DNA of 63,983 bases, counting the filler, from Porpidia crustulata (taxonomy: Eukaryota), in NCBI GenBank assembly GCA_964255105.1. It is 3 parts of 3 records of this genome, joined end to end, with 100 filler letters (N's around TTAATTAATTAA, not from the genome) between each part and the next. Parts side by side here need not be neighbours in the genome. Positions count along the whole stretch, not along the records: positions 46,523 to 63,983 come from CAXUWE010000219.1; 2 more parts are not named here. The stretch is one strand, 5' to 3'. The notes below the pieces were generated by a model, which saw nothing but the letters and a program-made list of their open reading frames with translations, did not search any database and was not told where the DNA came from. Position numbers and translations under genes: made by a program. Positions 52,191 through 63,983 of the stretch are shown in pieces; the first letter of the stretch is position 1, and each line of letters starts with the position of its first letter.

Positions 52191-53463
52191 CTAAAAGGAA
52201 TGATTGACGGTATCACCCATCTTGCTTCTCTCCATAGAAGTCACCTGTATCTCTGATTGCATACGAATATCCACCATACTTATCGGACTGATTCCGCCAC
52301 ATTCTACACCTTGTTCTATGCTCGCTCTATTGCCCACGTATTCCTTCAGATTATGAGACTTGAAATCAGAATCATCTTTCGAAGATATTCTAGATAACGT
52401 TCGTCGCCAAGGACCTCGGGACTCGACTGTCGCGACTCGCTTTTTTGAGCCATTGAGAAGTGGCTGAAAGAAGGGGACGGAGGCCAATCAGACAAGCTGC
52501 AGAAAGGTACATGCCGCTCTCTACCAACGTCCAGCTGGACAACGAAACATCGGTCCCTTAAACTTATTAGTAAAATCTAGAAATTGACTGAAGGTTGACT
52601 TGCAGGTTGGGTCTTTTCTCGAAGATTGAGCATCGCTGAAGAAAGAGTGTGTGCGTATGCATGATGCGACAAGGCCCCTGAGTAGGTGAGCATTTATCAA
52701 CGCAATGGACTGAACTAGTCACTGACAGACTGCCTGAGAGGAAGGCCAGTGCAATGCCTGCTTTCCGTGCCCTTGAGGCCTGAAGCTTCCATATAGTATA
52801 CATAGGAATAACCATAATGGCCACATCCCCGAGAATGTTCAGGATTCCGAGCTCCTAAAGAAGGCAAACAGATCGATGCATTTGGCACCCGAGATCCTAG
52901 TGTTCCAAAGGGACACAATGGGCCTGCACTCAAGAAGGCCAGTAATGATTTGAGATACGACGAAGCCAACAAGATAATACAGAAGTATCCAACTACACAA
53001 TCTTGTCACTCCACTGGGAAAAATCCTGAGATATAAGGCGACTATTGATATCCGCGACAATGCATTGGAAATTGCAGTGAACCAGCTAAGAGCATAGACC
53101 AGCTTGCCTCTCGTCACCAAGGTGTGTGGACTTCTTGTGACTACGGCTTCCACGTGATGACCAGCTCCTCCCTCTGAGACAAGAACTGTAAAAGGCGTTA
53201 GGATGAGCGACCAAAGCATCGCAGATAGGGTAGCACTTACCGTAGCAAACTATACTGGCGCCCACAACCAGGATCCAGGCTACCGGCAGAAGAAATTCAT
53301 CCCAACCTCGTGTAGCTGGGGTCAAGACACGAACGTATAACCTCAAGGCCACCAAGAGCGTTGCAATGATCAATATGAAGGTGATAGCAGCCAGAAGCTG
53401 GCCAGAGCAATTTTCTTCTAGATAGGTAAGAGTAAGTCCTTGAGATTCTGAAATAGTAGCCAT
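52191..53463 (-). pseudogene. PTH11-like integral membrane protein (fungal rhodopsin domain), frameshifted
   Basis: ALRLYVR...GWDE, SRISIVALYLRIF, ECRPIVSLWN, NILGDVAIMVIPM..IWKLQ and WTLVESGMYLSAACL. Frameshifts at about 52849 and in the A-run at about 52441-52446. Confidence 0.8.
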
Positions 53464-54265
53464 GATAGTTGTTGTGAATAAATCCCTCCGCCATGATCGA
53501 ATAAGACCCTTGATTGAATCGAGATGTCAGGCCATCCCATGGAAAATGATGACTGGAATACATCAAGTATCTCACCAGGATGTAAGGATTTCGATGGCAC
53601 GACGGCATAACGGCTCTGCTCACCGAGGGTGCGACATAGAGCTCGAGCGAAGGATTCAAACTAGGGACGGTACGGCAATTCCGCCGGCGCACGTCGACAC
53701 GCCACCATACCCTGCGTTCATCCTATCGGAATGTTGGAGCTGGAGGCATAGCCAGTCGGAGTCATCATCGTGCCTCATCCACCAATCCAGGGCTAGCTGC
53801 AGCGGAGGCTTTCCGTCGTTCATTACACACAGGGGAAATGATCTTCCACACAACCAAATACTGCAGCGATTGAATGAGGAAGAAAGACTGGAAGATCGTA
53901 CAAAGCTCTTGTTTGCCTTCCTGTATCAATCTCAGCTTGTGAAACCGGGCCCGTCGAATCCTCCGTGCGGCGTAATCGCATGCACCGATGCACGTATATC
54001 ACACCAATACAATCTCTTCGGCGGAGCTTGCGTGGAACAATAATGGATGAGTAGATGGGTGTAAGTGGAGCACGTTTGTAGGTGCGCATAGAAATCGTTG
54101 AGTCAATCTGTCACTATATCATCCGATGGACTGTTTACTAGGAGTCATGTAAAGATTTCAGGAAACTCCCATGGCCACTGTTCCACTCAGGTCGCGATCA
54201 GAATAAGATCGTCATCCGATCTGCAGATAAATCCTGTGCTGCGATCCTGGCATCTGGAGTAGATA

Positions 54266-56579
54266 CTACTCCAATGATGGAACATCTTCTAGAACACGTA
54301 TGAGAACCGGTATGATTGTACCATCCCGTAAGGCGCGATATAATACCCCGGTGTAAGTTCCTATAATAGGGGCTCGCTCGGCAGAGTTTTCCCCATTCGA
54401 TTCATCGTTCGCGTTGTACGCCCCAAGACGAGGGGTGGTGATTCTTGGAGTACTGAGAAATGGGATCTTCAAGGTATGACGTACGAATCCGTGGAGCAAC
54501 TTCGACGCTCGCCCCAGAACTGCAGTCGCATCACCGTGTGCGAGATACAAGTCTCTATGCAAGCGCCATTCATTCTGCAGAGAGGACTGAATGGGTTCCG
54601 TGAAGTCTTACACGACCTGGAGTGGGTCCGTAAAAGTTTTGAAGCTATGGTGATCCATGAAAGCAGATCGCAAGCCTTTGGATATTGACTTGAAGCGGCA
54701 ATCCGCGTCCATGTGTGTGGTGTTATCAAAGGCCTTTAGAAGATATTGCCACAACATCTGTTCCAAATCATTCTCTGTCGTAGAGGCTTGGGAGATTGTT
54801 GGGGAAAGCTGAAGCGCTTTTGCCACCAGTGACGAAAATTGAGGCCGGTAGCTATCAAAAAACCGAATGTTCATCGCACGGAGATCCATCGCCTGACAAA
54901 CAGTAAGCAGATGAGCTGCAACCAACTCAAAAAGTATATTGATGCTTGTCTCGGTATAGCGTGCTGAGATGAGAGCAAGGGAGTTCAGAGCTTGATTTCC
55001 CATCTCTGCCGATTGCACGTGATTAACAGGGCCAGAGAGGTAGCCGAGTTCAGCTTGGAGAGCTGCAATATATATATCTATGGGTTTGAAGATTCCAGAC
55101 GTACTCGGATCCTCGCCAACGAGGTTCGGTGGTAGTCCTCGATTTGTTGCGGGGTTGATGATCTCAACGCATTGAGTGAAGAACATACGACCAATCGTCT
55201 GCATGGCTTGTCTCGTCTTTTCCATCGCGGATGCCACGGCTTTGGCCTGGAAGTTGCCTCCATGCAGAGCATTTCCATCGGGATCTATGAGCGGATTATC
55301 AGTTGCGGAATTGCACTCGATAGTAATTTGCTGATACGCCAAGAGAAGATCTTCTAACGCAGGACCAAGCCATTGAGAAGCCGTGCGAATAGAATATCTA
55401 TCCTGGCGCAAGGATCCATCAGTTCCGTCGTTGACTTGTGCAAGCTTGGAGTCTTTAAGAAACGCCAAGATGTTCCTCGCGCTTTCAAACCTTTCAACAT
55501 TAGCCGCAAACATGATGCATTGCTTATACAGCATACCTGACCCGGATGCGGACGACTTTCAGCAAAAAATGGATGGAAGCTTTCCATGGTACCATTTAGA
55601 GCCTCAACGCTCATCGCAGTTAATACCTGCGCAAGGACTGCAAGATTGTGGACGTCAAAAATCGCGAGCGCCCCTACACTTGTCGAGATAGCCGTCCCAT
55701 TCACAATGGCAAGGCCTTCTTTTGGTCCCAAAGCTACAGGAGTCAGGCCTCGTTGTTTGAGAGCATCATCAGCATAGAGATCTTCTCCAGTGCTTGAAAG
55801 TACCCGAATGGTAGACTTTCCCTGGATGACTCCACTTATGTATGCCAAGGGATTCAAATCTCCCGAGGCTGATATGCTGCCACGTAGAGGAATCATAGGA
55901 ATGAGGTCATGAAGCAACAGGTCTTGAAGCCTATCAACAATGGTGGGGGAAACAGCAGAATAGCCTTTGATTAATGAGTTGATAGGAATGAGAATAGCTC
56001 CACGTGCCCACGTCTTTGGTAGATACTGAGATTCCGGTGTATTCTCACGGGAGAAGCCATGGCGATATGCAGCAAGCTGGTCTGGTAGCAGTCCTACATA
56101 GTGGTCACGAGCACCTGGCGGAAGGATACCGTAACTCAATTCTCGCGTCAGGGTACGCTGGAGGCGCTCTGTGGCCGTGGAACGGGTGTCTGCGGATGCT
56201 CCAAATCCAGTATTAACACCTGTGCTGTACTTCAGCGACACTTGTGGTTGGAGGCGCATGCTCATGTCTGAATGCAAGCATGATTACCGTATATGACGTC
56301 TCCTTTCTCAAGTCTTCGATGAAGTGCATTTCTGCTGGCTTCCAAAGACTCAGATGCAGATTGGTCGACATGCGATTGGAAGCCGTAGCTGCAAAATGCG
56401 AATCAGTGTCGGCTATCATCAGGCCATGTGCTAACGAACCGCGAGACACAGACGATTTGAGCGATGTCCAGATGAAGACCGTCAAGGTCCACTTCTCGGC
56501 GGTTGCTGCTGAGCAGACGGCCTTAGGTCTGCCATTGTTGCAGAATCGTGTCGCTGTGGAGTTTGTAACCCGAAGCCAT
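54266..56579 (-). pseudogene. MIO-dependent aromatic amino acid ammonia-lyase (PAL/TAL family), disrupted
   Basis: IY-GVNTGFG, GSISASGDLNPL (MIO ASG), KEGLAIVNGT, RPHPGQ, QDRYSIRT, TDNPLID, HGGNFQA and AEMGNQALNSLALISARYT. In-frame TAA at 56523-56525 and 54608-54610, plus an extra T at about 55488. Confidence 0.9.
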
Positions 56580-56923
56580 TATCAATTTAGTGTTGACAAG
56601 GGCCTTCTATCGTAAGTAAAGATAGGCTGATTGGCTTGTTAGTAGTTGCTGAGTCTTTTTTTGATGCACTGAAGGAAGCTTGGCAGCCCCATAAGCTACA
56701 TATCTGATATGCTTTAGCGAGAGAGAATTAATAAGATTAGGAAGAAAGAGGAAGAATATTCGCTAAGGCTGAAGTTGACGTTTTGCATCGAACATTTCAT
56801 CCTATAAGCCTTGTCACGTACGAACTTCTGTATTCCCCACCCAGAAGGACGTGTATGCTACAGGAAATAGCAATCTTCTCTATGCGATGTAATGATCTAC
56901 GAGTACGCTGCTAGTTGGGCTAA

Positions 56924-58616
56924 TCATGCTACATCATCCCTAGGTATCAATACCACTTTGGCTCCGTTTTTGGACCTACAAGCCATTGATAGCTGCTCGA
57001 TCCATGGACCGTCGTCTTTGCTTTCAATCGACTTGAACTCCTGTACCATTCGCACCAGAGTATAGGCCACCTCGCGCATTGCAAAGTCTTCTATCAGTTC
57101 GTAAGCACGACAGTGCTCTACTATAGTCATTGGAGCTCAGAACTCACGCCCAAGGCAATTCCTAGGTCTCTTGAGGAAGGGGACAAACTTCTGCAAAATA
57201 TAAGAGGATGCCGCCCTAATCCTTTGGGAATTAGTACATACCCAAAGCTGCTTTTCATCAAGCCATCTCTCTGGTCGGAATTCTTCTGCATCTTCGCCCC
57301 AAGGATCGCGGCGCCGATGGAGAGCGAATATGCTAAAATGAACCATAGTACCCTTGGCCATGAAGAGGGTCGAAGAGCCATCAGAGCCACCGTCAGTCGG
57401 TAGTGTGGTGTCCCTTAAGGCGGTTCTGGAATTGCTCGGAACGACCGGATGTAAACGGAGACCTATGCATGATTAATCACGATACCCTTGTTATGTAGTG
57501 CAGGGCGACCCCACTCTCGTAGATGCAATTTTGAACATATTTCAGGCCCCCCAATTGATGTGCATCTGGCGCCTCACTTCCCAAGTGCTGGACTCCATCA
57601 CGAAGATTTTGCCAAATATCCCGGCGTTTAGATAGCATGAAGAGCAGGTTGACTAGCAAAGCTGCAGTGGCATCTGTTCCAGCAAAGTATAAGGTGAGTA
57701 GCTCATCCTGTAGAACTTTCCTATCTTGGGTCACGGAACTGAGCTTTTGGAGGACGTTGTCCGGCAAGGAACAACTGACACTAGCAGCACCGAAAGAAGT
57801 CAAGGAATCTGTTCTGTTTTGAAGAGCATTGTCCACGTATTTCTGTATGTATTGGTGGACAAGCTTCACGCTCTGAAAGAATTTGCGTTGTGAGATGAAA
57901 TCAGACAGGCTGCCTAAAAGCCAACGAAATTCGCAACCTGCTTGCAAGTCGTGGATAGCTTTCAGCATGCCAGCATCGAGCAGCGCAGGCCGTTTGAGAG
58001 AACCGACAGACTCTCCAAATAGGAAGTCAGTAGCTATGTCGGCTGTTAGTCGATCGAATAATAGCGCCAGATCAATGATTGAACCATCATGTGGGATGGC
58101 CCTGAGGAAGTTTGACACATGAGGCTCGAATATGTGTACTTCAGCTGTCTGACCACGCTGAAAGCAAGTTCGCAAAAGGTCGCGAGATGATCTCCAAGGA
58201 ATGCCATCCACTTGAAAGATAGAACTTCCGAGTAAAGGTGCAAAAGCTTTTTGGCGCCGCGAGCCGATGCCATAATCCTCAAAATGAGTGAAGAGAACAG
58301 CCTTGATGTTTTCTGGTTCAATAGTATTGATAACCGTAGACCCAAAATGACGGGATGAGAAAGTAGAGCCGTGTAATTGATGCAGCCTCTTTTCACGAGC
58401 TAGATAAGTACCTGCTTTGCTCGCCCGAAGAACATCCAGGAACGGGCCAACGCTGGATGCTAGCCCACTGTAATCAAAAGTAAATGACTGATAGCAACGC
58501 GAACTCTCGGATTTTCGACAAATTGAAGCCTTGGATTGGTATATGAAAAACACTAGAATGACCAAGGGCAACGCTAAGCAGATCTTCCAATCTTGACTTA
58601 GTAGGCTTATCTCCAT
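56924..58616 (-). CDS. Cytochrome P450, CYP52-clan-like; heme motif altered
   Basis: TIEPENIKAVL, FAPLLGSSIFQVDG, DIATDFLFGES, FAGTDAT (I helix), ESLR after splicing, FRPERW and FLKRPRNCLG. Four exons. Confidence 0.88.
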
Positions 58617-59313
58617 TTTTGGTGGACGAGAGAGACACTTACAGAGTGCTTCCGGAGCAGGTTGATTCAAACGAGTCGATGCAAGGCGTGGTCCAGCAGC
58701 GTGCCCAAGAAAGTGAAACTAATGCTTCAGCCAACGAACAACTATATCTGCCGGTCGGCTCGAATGACCAGGGATATGATGACAGTCGGGTTGCATTGCT
58801 AGATGGGACTCAGGTATAACAACCAGATGGATGCACTCTCCGTACGGAACGACTTCCGTTGCCAAGTTTCATATTGAGCCGTACGCGATCGGCATACATG
58901 ATAGCAGCATCGCAGAATCCTTCGAAAGTCTCGAGTCTTGAGTGAACGTGATCGGCAGTAGGATTACGCTGCCGTCAGCTGCTCTGACATGAGCTTATCG
59001 GGTGCCATAACTTAGACCTCATCTCTATAGGACTGTGGCGGCCACTCAAGTGTACACGGACGGATGATGGATTGGTTATTGGAAAGGGCGGAGTGGAGTA
59101 GTACAGCTTATAGCAGGTGACTAAGCGCTCGATGAATACCTAGGTAAGCAATCTGATTGGTGGGTGGTATATTGCTTGATGTACCTCCCATCACCGTTCC
59201 TTAGACTACCTACCCATAGGCTTTGCCAATATCTTACGCCATTGCGCATGCATACAATCTTACGGCCCGACAGCTCTTGGATCAAGAGTGTCTCATGGTG
59301 TCCGAGAGGTCGG

Positions 59314-59345
59314 TCATTGCCTCATTGCCTCATTGCCTCATTGCC
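59314..59345. repeat. 8-bp tandem repeat (tcattgcc)x4
   Basis: Seen directly in the divergent P450-DMATS intergenic region. Confidence 0.9.
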
Positions 59346-59981
59346 TAGCTAAAACTCAGCCTTGATCCACACTCTAACAATTGCCACCAGGGTACCGGTT
59401 AGATACGAGATTATTTCAGCGTTTCAAGAACTGTATTTCATATACTCTATTGGGTATCGTATGAACGAGCCACTGCACCATGTCTCGTGGCTGAGCTCCT
59501 AGCAATACGTGCCGGATATCGTTCCGGAAAGGCTTTCATCCCAAGTCGGCGGCATTGCGCTATGTTGGGCATGTCCTGCCAGAAAGCGCTGCTCTGCCGT
59601 AGACGGTAGGATCATGGCTCAGCTAATAAGTCGGTTGGGATCTGAGAAGGTCCTCCTCCAGCTATACTTCTCGAAGGAACGACTAGATGTTTACGAATCT
59701 TCTCTCTAAGGACGTCTTTGCCTTGATCTGACACGGACGTTCTCAGTCTTGATTGGACTTCAGTGTGCGAGAGCTGACGTGCTCAGAAGCTCGTGTCGAT
59801 TACTTTTCACGAAAGTTCCAAGATCCTTGTCAGTCCCAAGCACAGTACATCGCAAAAGGATACATGAACTTAGACTTTCAATGAAATAGTTCGAACCTCG
59901 AAAACGGTGAACTCCACTTCCATGATAGGATTGAGCATCTACGACCCCTAATCGGGTACTCAATTCATTTTCAACGACCTG

Positions 59982-61181
59982 ATGAAGCGCCCGACGCCCA
60001 ACTTGTGGCTGGACACACTTGGTTCGGGGCTATCCATCCTCATGGACGAAGCGGGCTACGACGTAGAGACACAGGACGCTGGCCGAAAATTTTTTTCCCA
60101 ACACGTTGTGCCATATCTTGGCCCCTGCCCAGTCAAGGGTCGGCCCCGGCGCTGGAAAAGCTTCATGACCGACGACTTCTCCAACCTGGAATATAGCTGG
60201 AGCTGGTCAAGCTCGCCCAAAATTCGATACAGCTTTGAACCCGTAGGCGCCAATGCCGGAACAGCGTGTGATCCTTTCAACAGGTCAGAATCTTTAAAGT
60301 GTGCTAAAGAGCTACGCTCCACCATTCCTGGGTCCGACTGGCGTCTCTTTGACTCCTTTGCTGGTAGTCTCCACGACTCAACGAGAGATGCAGGCCTGGC
60401 GTCGAACAACAGAAGCCTTTCAAGTCCGTCTTCTATTTCTCTGGCCATAGAGGTTGGCCGAAGAGAGACAATGGCAAAGGCGTATCTGATCCCGGTCCGG
60501 GCTGAGCAGACCCGAAAGTCACGGCTCTCCGTCCTTTCTGAAAGCATAGAGAAAGCTCCAATCGAGTTACCGGCCTTCAGACCCCTCGACGAGTTCATCC
60601 GACAGCGGCAAAAGACATCCCCTTTGCACATTATAGGCATCGCCGTAGACTGTATCGACCCCTCAATCTCAAAATTAAAAATATACGTTCGCTCTCAAGA
60701 AACCGCTTACACCAGTGTCTGCTCTATCCTCTCTCTCAACGGAAGAATAAAGGCCTGGACCGACGAAACCACCCGCGAGCTATGGGAGCTCTGGACCCTC
60801 GTCCTCAGCCTCCCCTCTACCCATTCAGTCCACGATCCGCTGGTTCCTGGCACACCTCAACATGAAACTTCAGGCATCCTATACAATTTCGACATCCAAC
60901 CGACCAACCACATCCCATCAAGCAAACTATACATACCCGTGAAACACTACGGCAAGAACGACCGCGCTATCGCACAGGGCTTGCTGGATTTCCTGTAACA
61001 ACGCGGACGGACCGAACATGCCGGGAATTTCCTGAGAGCGATTGAAAGTCTTGGCGAGCACAGACGGTTGGAGGACGGATGCGGGCTGCAGACGTATATC
61101 TCGTGCGCGGTCAAGAATGGGAGGTTGGATCTTACGTCGTATATCTCGCCTGAGATTTACCATCCCGGCAGATGGCGATGA
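59982..61181 (+). pseudogene. DMATS-family aromatic prenyltransferase (resembles tyrosine O-prenyltransferases) with one premature stop
   Basis: WKSFMTDDFSNLEYSWSW, IRYSFEP, KAYLIP, AVDC...KLKIYVRS, GILYNFDI and KLYIPVKHY. After TAA at 60996-60998, the same frame continues QRGR...QTYISCAVKNGRLDLTSYISPEIY to TGA at 61179-61181. Confidence 0.88.
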
Positions 61182-62558
61182 CGGGGAAGGCATTTGCTTG
61201 AACGTTGATGCACCGCATTTGGAAGCCAAATACGATTTGATATATGATTACGTGGGTTGGCCAGGAAGTTTTTCCTTCTTCGTGTACGCATACAGAGCTC
61301 CACGGACCTGCCGAACATGTGACATTGTTCTTGGACAATGCCATTGATTCACCTCTCATACATATGATCCGTCCTCCATCCTAGCCCATTGCTCCGAGAG
61401 CGAGTTGCCCCGTCGCGACAAGCTCACGGCTCGGTATTTCGCGGCAGAAAGCCAAGTGATGCCTCGGCCGGACAGTAATTGTAGCAAACGAGTTAAGCCA
61501 TAGCTTTCGCGCCAGCTGGCGCTGGGGCGAGATTCGTGTTCCAGTTGAACTCAAGAGAACTAAGCGAAAGGAAGTTGATCTTTCCCGTAAAGACGAGCCC
61601 CATCCGTTATCAGATATTGATCTCAAAGGGCATCAGGATAACTCAGAATGACTAGAATTCCAAAATCGAAATGGAGCGGCGTTACGTCAAGGATATACGA
61701 AAAAATCCCTCCCAGAAACGTGCAATTTCACCCGTAAGTTTCACAATTTTTGCAGAAGTAAAAGCACTGCAATCATCGCGTACGAAGGTAGTCTTAGCAG
61801 AAAACCTTGACGAGAACCGTTTTATCCTGGCTAATCGTAAATGTGAGAGTTTTGCTTTTGTGCAGGTCTCGGCGCCGGCGAAAGGGGGATCGATATCTGA
61901 TAGGTTGGATGTGGGTTTTGGTTCGGAATCCGTGTGTACTTTTTTCGAGATCTTTAGATTGATCCATCACGCACCACGACGGTACAAGGCACTTTTCATC
62001 CTAGAAGCATTTTCCATCTCATCTCTGCTTCTCAACGGACAGCCTTCCGATCATCGACGCCATTGTCTCCGGTCTCTTCATCTTCCTCATTCCACTCGTC
62101 TTCCCGTGCTGAATCTGCCGTTACTCATCTCATATCATCAGCCGCTTCGGCATCGTTGGCTGTGATGCTCACAGCCTCGTTCTCATTTTTCTGCATAAGT
62201 GAGACTGAGGAAGATCATTAGAAATATTTCGCCTGTCGAGACGCAATGGGCAACCCCGAGTGCATAGCTCTGCTTCCTGATCTGGATAAATCCACACAAC
62301 CCTCGATGAAACCCCTACTAAGGTCAAAGTCCAGTGGGCTATGAGAATGATGGCTGTATTAGACGGCGAGGGCAAAATGATGGGTTGTTAGAATAATGAA
62401 TCTCCTGAAATTCAGTAGTAAATTTGGAGGGGGGAATTCGTGATCGGTTTTGATTTGGGTGGTCCGTTGAGCAAGTAGTGTACCCTAGCAGAACATTGGG
62501 CGCGTCCTCACGTGCACGCAAATTGTCCGCGTCTCATGGCCACCACCAACAACCCACA

Positions 62559-63723
62559 ATGTCCTCCAAAGCAGAATCGTCCTCAGCTGCGGCTGGTAAT
62601 AGCATCAAAGCCAATACCAATAGTGCCGCCGCAGCCTACGACTTGCCATGGTCCGTAAAACAATCCTGATTCCATTATAGGCAAATGATCTGACAATCAC
62701 AAAGGGTCGAGAAATACAGACCAGTGTACCTCGATGACATAGTCGGTAACAGCGAAACCATTGATCGGTTGAAGATCATCGCGAGAGATGGGAACATGCC
62801 GCATGTGATTATCTCGGGGATGCCGGGGATCGGCAAGACGACATCGATACTATGTCTAGCGAGACAGCTCCTCGGCGATGCGTACAAAGAAGCCGTCCTC
62901 GAGCTCAACGCCAGCGATGAGCGAGGTGAGCCCCACGACCCCCTACCCACCGTTCCACCGAAGCTAACCCTCTGAACCAGGCATCGACGTCGTCCGCAAC
63001 CGCATCAAAGGTTTCGCCCAGAAAAAGGTCACGCTCCCCCCGGGCCGCCAAAAACTCATCATCCTCGACGAAGCCGACAGCATGACTTCGGGCGCCCAGC
63101 AGGCCCTGCGCCGCACCATGGAAATCTACTCCACCACCACCCGCTTCGCCTTCGCCTGCAACATGTCCAACAAGATCATCGAACCCCTGCAATCCCGCTG
63201 CGCCATCCTGCGCTACGCCCGCCTCTCAGACGCCGACATCGTCCGCCGCGTCCTGCAGGTTGCGGAAGCCGAACACGTCGAATTCACTGACGACGGCGTC
63301 GCCGCCCTCGTCTTCAGCGCCGAGGGCGACATGCGCCAGGCCATCAACAACCTGCAGTCGACTGCGGCCGGCTTCGGCCTCGTCAGCGGCGAAAACGTCT
63401 TCCGCGTCGTCGACAGCCCGCACCCGGTCAAGGTGCAGGCCGTCATCAAAGCCTGCCACGAGGGCCGCGTCGACGAGGCCGTCGCGGGTGTCGGCGAGCT
63501 GTGGGAGCTTGGTTACAGCAGCCACGATATCGTGAGCACGATGTTCCGCGTCACGAAGAGCGTCGAGGGCCTGAGCGAGGGCGAGCGCCTCGAGTTTATC
63601 CGCGAGATTGGGTTTTGCCATATGCGGGTGCTCGAGGGCGTGCAGACGCTGGTGCAGCTGTGGGGGTGCGTGGCGAAGCTGTGCCGGTTGGCGATGAAGC
63701 CGGGCTTGTTCGTGGTCGATTGA
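62559..63723 (+). CDS. RFC4: Replication factor C small subunit (yeast Rfc4 orthologue)
   Basis: [46 protein letters not shown] and LQSRC. Two introns. Confidence 0.95.
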
Positions 63724-63983
63724 GTTGGTAGGGGTGATTTTCCCCGTGGGGGAGGACCTTTCCGTCTGGCAGTAGTTTTCATTTCGTAGAGGGAGTTGGG
63801 GTGTCAGGTTGCATGCAGTGGGGAAAAGGAAGAGGAGAGTTGGCCCTGTATGGCCTTGATCAAACAGGGAGAATCTCGGGGGGCAGGCGGCTGCGTAAAG
63901 CAAGATGCGCGGTATCTTCTTGCCGAACACTATGCAACCCATTGCGCCAGCAACGCCGTCGCTGGCGTCGAGGAGGAATATGG

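Noticed and set aside
53462..54043. 193-aa plus-strand ORF between the PTH11-like gene and PAL
   Set aside because: No recognisable motifs. It overlaps the likely promoter region and is probably spurious.
60995..61040. Possible intron (gtaaca...) removing the DMATS stop
   Set aside because: The donor is weak, and the sequence after TAA reads as typical DMATS C-terminal coding sequence in the same frame.
63226..63942. 238-aa minus-strand ORF and other ORFs overlapping RFC4
   Set aside because: Antisense shadows of a GC3-rich conserved gene.
1..63983. Starship giant transposon as an explanation for the accessory genes
   Set aside because: No DUF3435 tyrosine recombinase or element boundary was recognised in the window.

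Overview
Filamentous ascomycete (Pezizomycotina) genomic DNA with spliceosomal introns. It comprises three contigs joined by artificial N-TTAATTAATTAA-N spacers (about 23.2 kb and 46.5 kb). Apparently intact housekeeping genes are the complex I 24-kDa subunit (5' part), a methionine permease, a YVC1-like TRP channel, an OPT transporter and RFC4. They are interleaved with accessory genes: a pseudo-GTPase/coiled-coil/ankyrin gene, a head-to-head paralogous beta-domain pair (one fused to VWA), three genes with HeLo-like N-termini, a frameshifted NACHT-ankyrin NLR, and LTR, foldback and minisatellite repeats. The most notable feature is a six-gene PKS/NRPS-free biosynthetic cluster at 48.2-61.2 kb. 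It encodes an alpha/beta hydrolase, a stand-alone adenylation enzyme, a PTH11-like membrane protein, an MIO ammonia-lyase with an unusual specificity residue, a CYP52-clan P450 and a DMATS prenyltransferase. It suggests a prenylated phenylpropanoid pathway, and most of its genes carry inactivating lesions. All family assignments come from recognising motifs by eye; no searches were run.
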